A stretch of 64,000 nt of DNA, taken from the NCBI RefSeq assembly GCF_006345805.1, contig NC_043015.1:42780001-42844000 (forward strand), read 5' to 3'. The position numbers and the translations under genes were made by a program. Of the stretch, positions 14,258 to 27,300 are shown in pieces. Within the stretch, counting starts at the first letter, position 1; each line of letters starts with the position of its first letter. The stretch is from Octopus sinensis (taxonomy: Eukaryota). Under the pieces are notes generated by a model. That model was not told the DNA's origin and ran no database searches. It worked only from the letters and a program-made list of their open reading frames with translations.

Positions 14258-15355
14258 TGTATGTATGTATGTATGTATGTGTGTGTGTGTGTGTGTGTGT
14301 ATCTATGTATGTTTGCGTGTCTGTGTTTGTCCCTCCAACATCGCTTGACAACCGATGCTGGTGTGTTTACGTCTCCGTAACTTGGCGGTTTGGCAAAAGA
14401 GGCTGATAGAATAAGTACTTGGCTTAGAAATAATAAGTCCTGGGGTCGATTTGCTCGACTAAAAGTGGTGCTCCAGCATGGCCGCAGTCAAATGACTAAA
14501 ACAAATAAAAGAATATATATATATATATAGGCCAGGTGCAATGTTATATCATAAAGGAAAAATTCAATCATCGCTAAATGTGACTAAGGATGCCGCCGGT
14601 GCACCAACATTGCTAGAAATAAGAGTCAAATTACTCTTAATGCTGTAGGAGGACCACAGAGTTTAAACAGACATGCTGACAGGGGAGGTAACCATGTCTG
14701 TTTCGAGGATCTAGTTTCGCCCATGACTGTAGGCATCGTCAGTGAGGAAAGCTGGAACAGCGTATAATCGGCTGAATCCCTCCGCCAACATATATATGTA
14801 TTTACCATAAGAATTTATGGATGATTTAGCGAAATGCTATATTATAAACAACCAGGCGTAATGTGATACGATAAAGGAAAAATTCAATCGTCACTGTGTG
14901 TGTGTGTCTGTGTGTGTGTGTAGACAGATATATACTACTTAAAGTTAATCCAAACATGAAAACACAAAGAGAAAACACAACGGCGCGAGGACGTGGAACA
15001 AATATAGTATTATTGGACGCTCAGGAAGGAAGGGAAGAAGGTGGGTTTAACGTTTCGTACATATGAGTGTGTGTGTGTATAGATATAACTATGTACTACA
15101 TATATATATATATATATATATAATATATATATATATATACATGTGTGTGTGTATAGACATAGGTATATACTACATATGATAGATCGTTAGCCACTACACA
15201 CATTTTTTTCTCTCCTTGTTTTTTCTGTGCACCTTTCTGTGGAAGAGCGTAGGCTCGAAACGTAAAAGCCTTTTTCTATTCCTGAGCGTTATACTAATAC
15301 ATCTGTTTGTTTTGTACACCACCTGTCTTCGTCTTTTGTTTTTTTCGTAAACTCT

Positions 15356-15403
<48 letters not shown>

Positions 15404-18400
15404 TATATATACATATGGGTGTGTGTATGTGTGTATAGATGTAGACATATACTACATATATATACATATATATACATGTGTGTGTGTGTGAGATTGTGTT
15501 TGTCTTCCACCACCACTAGACAACCTACGTTGGTGTGTTTGCATTCCAGTATAGTCATAACATAACAGCAGTGCACTTACTTCTACCTTATAATATGTAT
15601 GAGATCACAGTTATGACATCAGAACAGTTCACTCCTCTCTTATTTTATGTATGAGTCCACACTTATGACATCTCGAGAGTGGTTAACTCCTTTCCTATTA
15701 TTTGGATGTATTTACGATTATGACATCAGAGTTGTTCACTTCTATTTCTTCATTTGTACGTGTTCAAAATTATGACATCGGATTGTTAAGTCTTATCTTA
15801 TCATTTGTATATATTCACAATTGTGGCATCATAATAATGCTCTCCCACCTTATAATAAATATGTGTTCACAATTTCCATTCTCAGTAGCTGTCTTTGGAA
15901 TATGTTGGTCCTTTATTGGATCTTTTCTGTTTGAATGGCAGTTTTTTCTAGCGGTGTCATATGAAATTGTCACCCATAATTATGACCCTAGTATCAATCT
16001 ATTGCATTTCAATCTGTTTTAGGGTTAGGGTTAGTTAAGGTTAGGGTTAGGGTTAGGGGTGGGGGAAGGGTATCTTTTTTTCTTCATAAATGTAAATAAA
16101 CCCAATCTGTTTCTTAAACGAGGGACATATTCATGCGGCACAGAATGTTTTTCACCTCAATAGACAGTCATTGATTGGTTGAAATTGCAGAAATTGAAGA
16201 AAAAAACAACTAATATCTTACAAACTATAGAATTTTCTCAATAAAGCCAAGAGAAAAAGATGTTTTATAAACACATTCTACCAGTATACGAAGTTTAAAA
16301 GTGTTTAGTTACCTGGAAATTATTTTAAAAAACTGCCGTTCAAACCGAAAAGATCCCCTTTATTTTCTAAGATATTTTCCAGTGTATTTATGTCATGTGG
16401 CCAGTTTGCCATGTCTTCTGGAATGTTCTAGAGAGTTCTGTGAGTCATATTCGAACAAGGTGTAACTGATGATACTGTTTAACACATCATTGTACATTAA
16501 CGCAAGCAACGCTTTGTTTTGACGTTGCTTCGGTATACATTACTGACGTCAAAGAACGTGAGGCGAGGAGGAGGAGAGAAAAAGAGGGACAAGACAGACA
16601 GAGACAGAGACAGATAGAGAAACAGATAGAGGTTGAAAGCTAGAGAGAGAGAGGGGGAGAGAAAGAGATAGGCAGCGCGAAGCAGGGAGAAAGAGATAGA
16701 GACAGACAGAGGAAGTGATTGAAAGACAGTAAGATAGAGAGAGGTAGAAAGAGATAAGGAGAAAGAAATAGAAAAACAGGCAGAGAAGAGAAAGTGAAAG
16801 CGGCAAACAGACAGACAGAGCCAAGCAAGCAGAGACCAAGGCAATGTTCTCGAGCAGCAATAACCAGCGTCTGTTCTCAAGTGTCACATTAACACTGTTC
16901 TAGAGTATTCGAGCCGTCAGTAATGATAGAGTTATTGTTGAAAATGTTACCTGATGAAGGTTCATAAATTAGGTGATGAGGAAGTGAATAAAAATGCCAA
17001 AACAACAGGAAAATAAGAAAACAATGTTTATATCACTCCCAAAATACTATTCAGGTATGATTCATTGCAGACGTTCATGAAGAACTTGTGTAAACGTGAA
17101 GAGGCACTAACACACCTTGGCCTTCTGAATTTGCAATCTGAAATTTCAAAGTGTTCCTTATGCTAAGTTTAAGCCCAACCCAGATCAGGTCATTTCACAG
17201 CGTTGGCTAGAGATACTGCAGTAGACTGCAAGCTAAAATAGCATCGGATTTTCTTATGACTGTTGGTATGCCGGATGAATCATTTGAACTTGTGAACATT
17301 AAAACATTGACACAATCTCCGAATACAAAAAAATAAACTGAACAATTCCAGCAATAAGTGGAAACCTTGTTTGAAAATTTAGAGAGAAAGATTTTTATTG
17401 GTCTTTGTGGAAAAAAAAATCAAACCAAATCTAAAGTATTTTGTTTTGGGATTTGGTTTGCAAGATTCTTTATATGAGTTCGTATGTTGAAGCATATTCT
17501 GTTGTGTCTGGGGAGAGTCGTTTTCTTATTGTGCCTTATAATATAACACACTCACCGGTAAAATTTCCACTTTTTTTTCTTATTTTTATTTTCCTAAAAT
17601 TTTCGTTGCGTCTTACAACCTCACGCAACGAAAACTTTAGGAAAATAGAAATAAGAAAAAAATGTGGAAATTTTACCGGTGAGTGTGTTATATTATAAGG
17701 CACAAAAAGAAAATGACTCTCCCCAGACACAACAAATCTAAAGTGTCATTGTTGTATAGCATGGCAACAACTTACCTCAAAAGAAATGTTTGGGCAACGA
17801 TAAGGATAAATAAATCTTTTAAATATTGCGATGCACGGCAAATCTTCAAAATTTATGAATATTAAAACGTTACATTATTTACATTTGACGGATATTTGTT
17901 TTCATCTTGTTTGTTGTTAACACTATCTCTCATATGTATTGATGATGTTTGGAGTAAATACCATGTATCCAGTGAAATAATCTTCTGTTTATTGTTTTCT
18001 CTGAGAGGCCACGGACAGATTCTAATACCATTCTGTTATAATTTCCAAGAGCTTCAATTGTAATCAAGATTACCTGAGTTTTCGATGTCCGTATTCTTTT
18101 CGGACTTAAATAATTTTACAGTCTTCTTTCGTGCAATGGTTCCAGGTTCAGTCCTACTGTGTGGCACCTTGGGCAAGTGTCTTCTATTATATCCTCAGGC
18201 TGACTTAAGCCTTATGAGTGGATTTGGTAGGCAAAAACTAAAAGAAGCGGTAGGCAGAAACTAAAAGAAGAAACTAGAGCGGCAAGCTGGCTGAAACATT
18301 AGCATGCCGGGCGAAATTCTTAGCGGTATTTCGTCAGTCTTTACATTCTGAGTTCAAATTCCGCCAAGGTCGACTTTGCCTTTCATCATTTCGGGGTCAA

Positions 18401-18532
18401 TAAATTAAGTACCAATTACACACTGGAGTCGGTCTAATCAACTTAATCCCTTTGTCTGTCCTTGTTTGTCCCTTCTATGTTTAGCCCCTTGTGGGCAATA
18501 AAGAAATAAGAAACTAAAAGAAGCCCACCGTA

Positions 18533-18580
<48 letters not shown>

Positions 18581-19887
18581 CGTGTGTGTGTGCGTGCATG
18601 TGTGTGTGTGTGTGTCTCTCACTACCGCTTGACAACCGGTCGATTCGTTTCTCAAGGCGGTGACCCAGCAAGGCCGCAGTCTAATTATTGAAACAAGTAA
18701 AAGATAAAAACGAAAGAATAAAATACTTCGGAACACACAGCCCACTTTTGGGTTGTTTTATTTGATTTTGAAAATGATGAAGAATTTAATAAAATATCTG
18801 TCATTATTAATCTGGTGTTTAAGGCGACAAGCTGGCAGAATCGTTAGCACGCCGGGCAAAATGCTTAGCGGCATTTCGTCCGTCTTCACGTTCTGAGTTC
18901 AAATTCTGCCAGGGTTGATTTTGCCTTTCATCCTTTTGGGGTTCATCAAAACAAGTACCAGTCGAAGTAATCGACTAGCCCCAAATTCCCCTCCCACAAA
19001 AATTCAGGCCTTGTGCCTTTAGTAGAAAGAATTATTTAGCTAGTGTTTAGAAAATAAATTAACTTTGATGGAAAATTTTAATTTAAATTATTTTAAAACA
19101 GGTAGTATGCATCATAGAACTAAGAACCATTTCAGGTGCGGTTGGTATCGAAAGGGTTAAGATGGTAAGATGTAATTTTAAGGAGATTTGGCTGCTATAT
19201 ATAGCACATCAAGCCTCCACAGTAAGAGTCCCCCATTGGTTGGTTTCATAATGTGTCTGGTAGCTGTGTATTATAGGACACATGGTGTGATGTCTGTCTC
19301 GTAGACGTTGAATTTTTGTAATATTCTGATTGAAATAGAGAAGAAAGAGGCTGTTGGCAGTTTTCTTCTGCTACAATTTTATCTTTGGTTTCACTTATTC
19401 AACGGGCAGATGAGCAGATAAGATTTGGCTCCGTGTTTCTTACAATGTTAAATGTACCATATTTGAAAGCATAAAAGACACACGGATATACTAGCTGCAC
19501 CCCACCAATTTCAATAGCAGACATTCAGGAGCGTCAAGGACAAAATTAGATTACGGAAGGACCAATTTTGCATATATCTTAGGAATCAGGATGATTTTTG
19601 AGACATTTTTTTTTAAAGAAAAGCTTCGCCACGAGTTATGTATCAATAAATCTACCATTCGTTTCATTTACAAACTGTGTGGAATGATTAATTCATCAGA
19701 TTTTTTAAAAACTAAACACCAGTGTACGTTATTTACATTTACATTATTTACATTTGACGGATATTTGTCCTCATCTTGTTTGTTGTTAAGACAACGTTTC
19801 GGCTGATATACCCACGGGAATATGGCATAGTAGTTAAGAGCCACGGGCTACTAACCCCAAAATTCCGAGTTCGATTCCAAGCAGTGA

Positions 19888-19953
<66 letters not shown>

Positions 19954-19962
19954 TAATGATGG

Positions 19963-19995
<33 letters not shown>

Positions 19996-21264
19996 GAACG
20001 ACGATGATGATGACGATGACGACGACGGCGACGACGACGGAAAATAACTTAGGAATAAGAACCCAGGTTCGAAATTTCCGCAAGACACCTGATGAAGGCT
20101 GGAGGGTATATCAGCCGAAACGTTGTGTTACCAACAAACAAGATGAAGACAAATATCCGTGAAATGTAAATAATGTACTTAAATTCCTCATCTCTTAAAT
20201 ATAGAACTATAAACACCAGTGATAAACGAGGTTACGTGTATTACCCTAAATTTATTGAATAGGGGAAGACCTTCTGGGAAAAGACATCAAGAAAATACAT
20301 GATGGGGGAAGCTTTGCTGGCGTTGACCTACCGTTCGTTCCGTTCACAATGTGTAAAGATGATTCCCTTATAACTGGTTCATATATCACTGTTTCCTTGT
20401 TTTTAAACACCCCACTCCTTGTTATCATAGATAATCCGTGATAAGCGCATATTCTGTATTATTCTGAAGTCATTGAGACAAAGACTGCAAAAACCAATAA
20501 TAATGTTTATTTTTTGTTCTGTGAACACAATTTCTATCTTCCCCTATTCAATAAATTTAGGATACTACATGTAACCTCGTTTATCACTGGTGTTTACAGT
20601 TCTGTATTTAAGAGATGAGGAATTATGTACATTATTTACATTTGACGATAATTTCAATTATCCTGCAGCTCTCACTTTTGTAAGTTCTCATTCCTAGCTT
20701 TACACTGGATGTTTATACTCTCAGCTTCTCAGGAATGTTATATATAGAGATATATATTTTCTAAAAGCCTATCCTAATTTTTTTTTTTTTTATCAGATCA
20801 GAAACTTATCTAAAAAATTATTTTTGTTTTCGTCTGTAGTTAACCTTCGTCTGATTTTTCAAGGCCAACATTATTAACACTTTTTTTTTGGTTGTATATT
20901 TATATCTTGGCTGAAACAGCACATTACTTTGAAGAGATCAGTAAGTTCTCATTAGAAGCTACCAAATAAACAGCAAGTCATCCATAAAAAATAAATTGCG
21001 CGTTTTATAACTACTGCCTTTGATCTTAATCTTCAGGTCTTATAGAATAGGATTTACTAATAATTTTAAGAGCTTAGATAGATACTATTTACGAAGATAC
21101 TTAAAAAGATTGAATGCTATACAATAAATGCAGTTGGTTCTTGCAAGATTCTTTTGTTTGCAATGTTGAGAGAATAGACCTATTTCTTTACTACCCACAA
21201 GGGGCTGATTATAGAGAAGACAAACGAGGACAGACACACGGATTAAGTCGATCATATCGTCCCC

Positions 21265-21363
<99 letters not shown>

Positions 21364-24300
21364 TTGATAGGTAGTTAAAAAGAAATATATATTGCTTGCT
21401 TATTAGAGCAAATGCACTCAAACGCATATACTCGAGTTTGTATACGTGCGTGTGCGTACGTGTGTGTATGTATGTGCGTCTGCGCACAAAAGTGTCTATG
21501 AGCGTGCGTGTGTGTGATGTCATTTGCGTTAATAACCAATGAACAATGTTTGGTGCTGTTTCAAATTCCCCACACCTTATAGGAAACTCAAAACCAATGC
21601 TAAACACACACACACAGTAGACAAACTTACGCTGGTATTACACTCGAATATACTAAAATCTGAAACAGATACATAATATATATATATATATCTGATAAAA
21701 TGAATCATTATCGTTAATTAATCAGAGACGTAAAAACTGTTTAAGCGATGATTAAACGACGGCACATGAGATGTTTACTTTATTTACGCTGTTCTTTTGA
21801 ATTCTAGCGAGTTTAGCATAGCACGAGGTCAATTTCCTTTGAATATGTTCCAACAAGTTCAATGACGTCTTGTTTACCGTAATTAAAGAATTCGACTTAT
21901 AACTTTATCTCTGTCACCATCTTTCAAATATTCTGCTTGGTTGTTCTGCTTTTAAGTAAGTTAGATGTGCTTCGACCAAAGATTGGTCCAGGCCATGTCT
22001 AACTTAATGGCACCGCCTGATAGGATTTGCTAAATCCTTATTTAAGTCAAGTTTTGCGGTATCGTGGCCCATTCAAGTAGGGAGTTCTTGTTGAGTGAGT
22101 TGTATCCGGGTATTGGTGGCTTATCTGGTATCCCTTGAAGAAATTTGTCCAGATCTCGTTTACAGGTAATGGAATAGGGCAGGGCTTGTTGAAGGAAGGA
22201 AACTCTTTTGCTGTGTATTTATGTGTTGTGATCCAGAATTGAGCAAGACTTCCGCCCGTCCCCGCAAATGACCACCCTTAAAAAAAATTTTTTTTTTCGA
22301 CACAACCCCCTCTTTTCCGCTACGGGGAATACGAATCTGCAAAAAAATTGGCAAAAATCGACATTTCTAAATTACCCCCCACCCCCACCCCCATTTCCTT
22401 CATTTTCAACTTTTTTTCAGAATTTTTTTTTTCAAAATATGCGAAAAATATGGAGATTATGATTCTGAAAAAAATTTCCAAAAATGTTTGTAAATTATTT
22501 TTTAAGAATTAGTTTTTTCTAAATATGTGGAAAAATACGGACATCATGATTCGGACAAAAATTTCAAAACATTTCAAAACGGTTAGGGTTTTAGGGTTAG
22601 GGTTAGGATTTTAGGATTGGTTGAAGAAGTTTGGGGGGAAAGGGGGGGGATTTTCACAATGCCGATTTTTGGTAATTTTCCAGAACCTCCGTGTCCGAAA
22701 ACAGGGACTTTTGGCAAAAAAAAATTTTTTTTGATAAACAAATTTGGGAGAAAATGGGTAGGGGGACAGGCGGAAGTCTTTCCCTGAATTGTGTAGGGGA
22801 CGTGGTCCTAATCCTGGTTGGTTAACATGCAGTTTGTCGCCGTAAAATAAAGTGAAAAGAAATTGTCTTAAAGAAATTGAAGTAAATTGTGATAAAAACC
22901 GAAGTTATCAATTATTCGCTTAGGTTTCTTGGTTCAAACGATGACAGCATTCATACATAGGTTATAAGGAAAGCAATAGAAGTTTGCCAAGAACAAACTT
23001 AGGCGACAATATGGGACAAGTAACGCTTTATTTACAACATCCAGGCCCGTTGCCAGACTTCGGTGTCAGGAGGTGCTCTGAAGCATGGAACAAACTACCT
23101 GCATCAGTTGTCAGTTGCTGAGACATTGCTTCCTTAGATGTTATAGGTCGTTGTTGCATCTAATGTGACTTCGTTCAGAAGACTGTTATGTTGTGGCGGT
23201 AGTAAACCCGGATGAAGAATGTATAAAACACTAGATGGTAACTTTGACACGTTTTGTTGTGGTCACACACCACACATATAGACAAGCTGCATGGAAGGTT
23301 GATATACATTTATATATATAGGCGCAGGAGTGGCTATGTGGTAAGTAGCTTGCTAACCAACCACATGGTTCCGGGTTCAGTCCCACTGCGTGGCACCTTG
23401 GGCAAGTGTCTTCTACTATAGCCCCGGGCTGACCAAAGCCTTGTGCGTGGATTTGGTTGACGGAAACTGAAAGAAGCCCGTCGGATATATGTATATATAT
23501 ATATGTATATATATGCGTGTGTGTGTTTGTGTGTCTGTGTTTGTCACCCTAGCATTGCTTGACAACCGATGCTGGTGTGTTTACGTCCCCGTAACTTAGC
23601 GGTTCGGCAAAAGAGACCGATAGAATAAGTACTGGGCTTACAAAAGAATAAGTCCCAGGGTCGAGTTGCTCGATTAAAGGGTGTGCTCCAGCATGGTCGC
23701 AGTCAAATGACTGAAACAAGTAAAAAAGAGTAAAGAGTATCTACAGGCATCTGTGTAGGTTGTATGTAAGATGTTAACCCAGGTGAGAAGCTCAAGAATA
23801 GCGATATAGAAACCGATACAGTGTGTTGGTGCTGTGTAGATGTTGACGACATTGGTGAGAGACATTAGTGGTGGCGACGAAGATGGTTGTCGCTGCAATG
23901 GTGGTCAGTGGTTAGACCTTAGAAAGTCTAGGACCAAGTGACGTCGAGCCTAGGAAGAGGTGAGCTTTTATAGCTGACGGTTAGGCTCAAATGCTTGTTT
24001 GGAACAGACTGTCTCACATGACTTATTTGCAGGTTGTGATTGGTTGGGTTGCACATTGCATGTGACAGAGCCTCAGATTGAGATTGAGGGTACAACTCTG
24101 AACAACGTGAAGAGTTTTACATACCTGGGAAGCTGCCTGTCCTCAAACAGCAGCATGGACAAAGATGTCTCCATGAGGCTTTCAAAAGCAGTAGCTTCGT
24201 TTAGCAAACTTTGGAAGTGTGTGTGGGCCGAACGAGGCATCCGACTTTCCACCAAGCTGGCAGTCTATAGGGCAGTCGTCATCACCTCTCTGCTCTACGG

Positions 24301-27300
24301 CTGTGGGATGCGGACACTGTATAGGAGGCAAATGCGAGTACTTGACCAGTTCCACCTCCGCTGCTTGCGACGAATCATGGGAATTTCCTGAGAGGACAGA
24401 GTCTCCAACAGTGAGGTGCCTCGCAGGGCCAAAATACCCGGGATCGAAGCCCTCATCATGAAGGCCCAGCCCAGGAAGGCCACTGAGGCGATACAAGGGC
24501 AGCCTGAAGACTTCCCTTGAGGCCTGCGGCATTTCAGCTCATGGCTGGGAATCGCTTGCCTCTGACCGCGGTGCCTGGCGTCCAGCTGTCCAAAAGAGTG
24601 TTAGGCTGTTCAAGGAAAAGAGCCTGGACCAGAAGCGACAAGCCTGAAAAGAGAGGATCCCTAACCCTACTTCTGCTGTTACGTGCCCAACACGTAGCCG
24701 CGTCTGCCTTTGGGTTACGCTCGCACCTCCGGCATCACTGATATCATTGTTGAACCCCGACAGACTTCCATTATTATTATGTGATAGAATATAAGACAAA
24801 TTGCGCCAATATCAACCAATTGGAGTGGTAGACACAGCAGGGTCCAAAACAAAGGCTAGCTGTTACCTGCTACGTTCGTATGTACTTAATATAAGAGAGG
24901 AAGCTCACTAGGGTTCGGTACTCATCCATTAAAACTTCCATGCTTCCTGAAATTTGCCAACACTATACCTGATATCACAAAGCACCGTACAAGCACGCAC
25001 GCACACACACACACGCGCATAAGGCGGGCTTCTACGCATTTTATTACCAAATTCACTCACAAGGCATTGGTCTACCACATTTTTACGCATATTTAGAAAA
25101 AAAAAAAATTTTTGGAAATTTTTTCAGAATCATAATCTCCATGTTTTTCCGCATATTTTGAAAAGAAAAAAATTGTGAAAAAAGTTTTAAATAAAGAAAT
25201 GGGGGTGGGGGTGGTAGAAATGTCGATTTTTGTCAATTATTTTTGCAGATTCGTATTCCCCGTAGCCGAAAAGGGTAGTTTGTGTCGAAAAAAAAATTTT
25301 TATAATGGTGTTTTTTTTTTGGTGGAGGAGAAGTCTTGCCAAAAAAAAAATCGATTTAAATTTTTACCTCACCCCCATCCCTAAATCCTTACGGATGCTC
25401 AATTAGACTTAACTCATATTGATCACACAGTTATGGAAGGGTTTGAGGTCGTGCTAGAAACAACAGTTAAATCTCACTTTATTCACACATTTTTTCGTCT
25501 GAAAATTAATTAGAAATTATTTGAAAGAAACGGTTGCAGATTCGGACTGTCCGTGAACAGGAATAAAAAAATTCGAAAAAAAAAAAACAGAGAAAATTTT
25601 AGGATTTATGGGGGGTGAGGGGAATGAAGAATTTGAAAGAAAAAAATTGTTTTGCATAACTGTATGAATTCCAGTGTGTAGGACATAAATTCGTAAAAAA
25701 TTTGATAAAATTCCCCAAAATATAAAAGCTATGGGGGTTTATATGATTGTGCTTGGATCAGAATTCCACCGGTGTTGTAATATACGCAATACAGATTAAA
25801 CGACCGTAAAATTGTACAATAAAATAGAATTCTATGTAATTCTATACCTATTTATAACGACTGCTCTCAGATCGCACATCACTTAGCTGAAGAAGAAAAA
25901 TAACACAGGTGTAATTCTACACCTGATTCTATAAGTCTTCTCTGATAGTAAGAACCCGGCTATCGCTTTGTGAAAGTAGCAAAATTATGGGCTACATCGA
26001 AAACACTGAACGAAAACATGAAAATGAAACGAAACGAATCAGTCCACTTTCGTCTTGCGTGTAATATACTGAATATAAATGTATTTATTAATGATGGTGG
26101 TGGTACTGTCGAGGAATATGTAAGCCGATAGACATCGTCTTATTTGGGTAGAAGAAGCATCCCGACTGACTGAATACCTCCCTGTTGTTAAGTGCATACC
26201 ATTACGAAGAATTGGGGTATGTTGACGGTGGCGAAGAAAAAATGGGTTTTAGGGTTTCCTATTCTATCCTGCTGCTTGCTGATTAATTTAGATACTCGGG
26301 TTACAATACAACACAGAGGGGGAAGCGAATAGAAAAGGCATCTTCACCGTGCTAAATAATATTTAAATAGAGCTTAATTAATATCCACCACAGGGCATTG
26401 TAAATTGACGTAATTATTTACTAATCACTGAGTGGGGCAAAATGAGTAATTTATGACTTCTTATTGTTTTCGTTCTATTTTTTATTTTTTATTATTATAT
26501 TGCTGTACTGCATCGTTATTTTGTGCTGTAGTATCGTCTTTAGAGTATAATTTGGCCAGCATAGTTGTTATTGTTGTTGAGAGAGAGTTTGGAACATAAT
26601 CAGGTGACAGGTATCGTTTTTTTTTTTTCAAGAAAATTTTCGTCAACTTTGACCCGGTTATAAATAAGGTTACTAATAAAATATCTGGATAATTTTTTGA
26701 AGTTTAACAATCAATATTCTTTTCTCTGCTGGATTCAAAGTCAATTCCCCCCCACACACACACACACTAATGTCTAATTTGATAATTTTCAATTTTCAAA
26801 AAAAAAAAACGGTGTTTAAACTGAGGCAAAATAAGTCGTAACTAACTTCAATAATTTCCTCTCTTTTAAAATATATCGGAAAGAGATATATTTCTTCTCT
26901 GTGTAAATATATCGGGAAGAGAACCACTCCAACGGATCGCGAAGAAGCTACAGAGAATATTTTGTGTTTTTTTCTTTCTTTTTTATTTAGTCAGAGTTTA
27001 ATAACTTTCATATCATGTGCCATTTTTCCGGGATCCTCTTTCATTTGACCAACATCTTTTAAATTTTTGTTGCATTTCTGATATCTAAGGATGGATATTG
27101 ATATATACGTATATGATTCTCTTTTCAAATGTAAATCTGGGGAACTGAAGAGGCAAATTTGGGATCTTTGCCCTTTGAACGGTAGATCGAGAAATTAATT
27201 TTTTGTAACAAAACACTTTCAAACTTCGAACACTGGTAGAATGTGTCATATAAAACATCTTTTACTCTTAGCATTTTTGAGAAAGGTTTATATTTACGAA

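Noticed and set aside
16019-16058. True telomere or chromosome-fusion scar
   Set aside because: The short TTAGGG run is internal to a TIR element with a TSD and recurs at the same position in the second copy.
16948-16975. cctgatgaagg as a further hammerhead core
   Set aside because: Not followed by a stem II or GAAAC.
19821-19890. tRNA gene
   Set aside because: Has A/B boxes but no complete acceptor stem and is joined to a repeat body; it is a SINE head. The same applies to the other tRNA-like heads in the window.
23999-24391. 130-aa ORF as a host gene
   Set aside because: It is an RTE reverse-transcriptase remnant with a stop and frameshifts.
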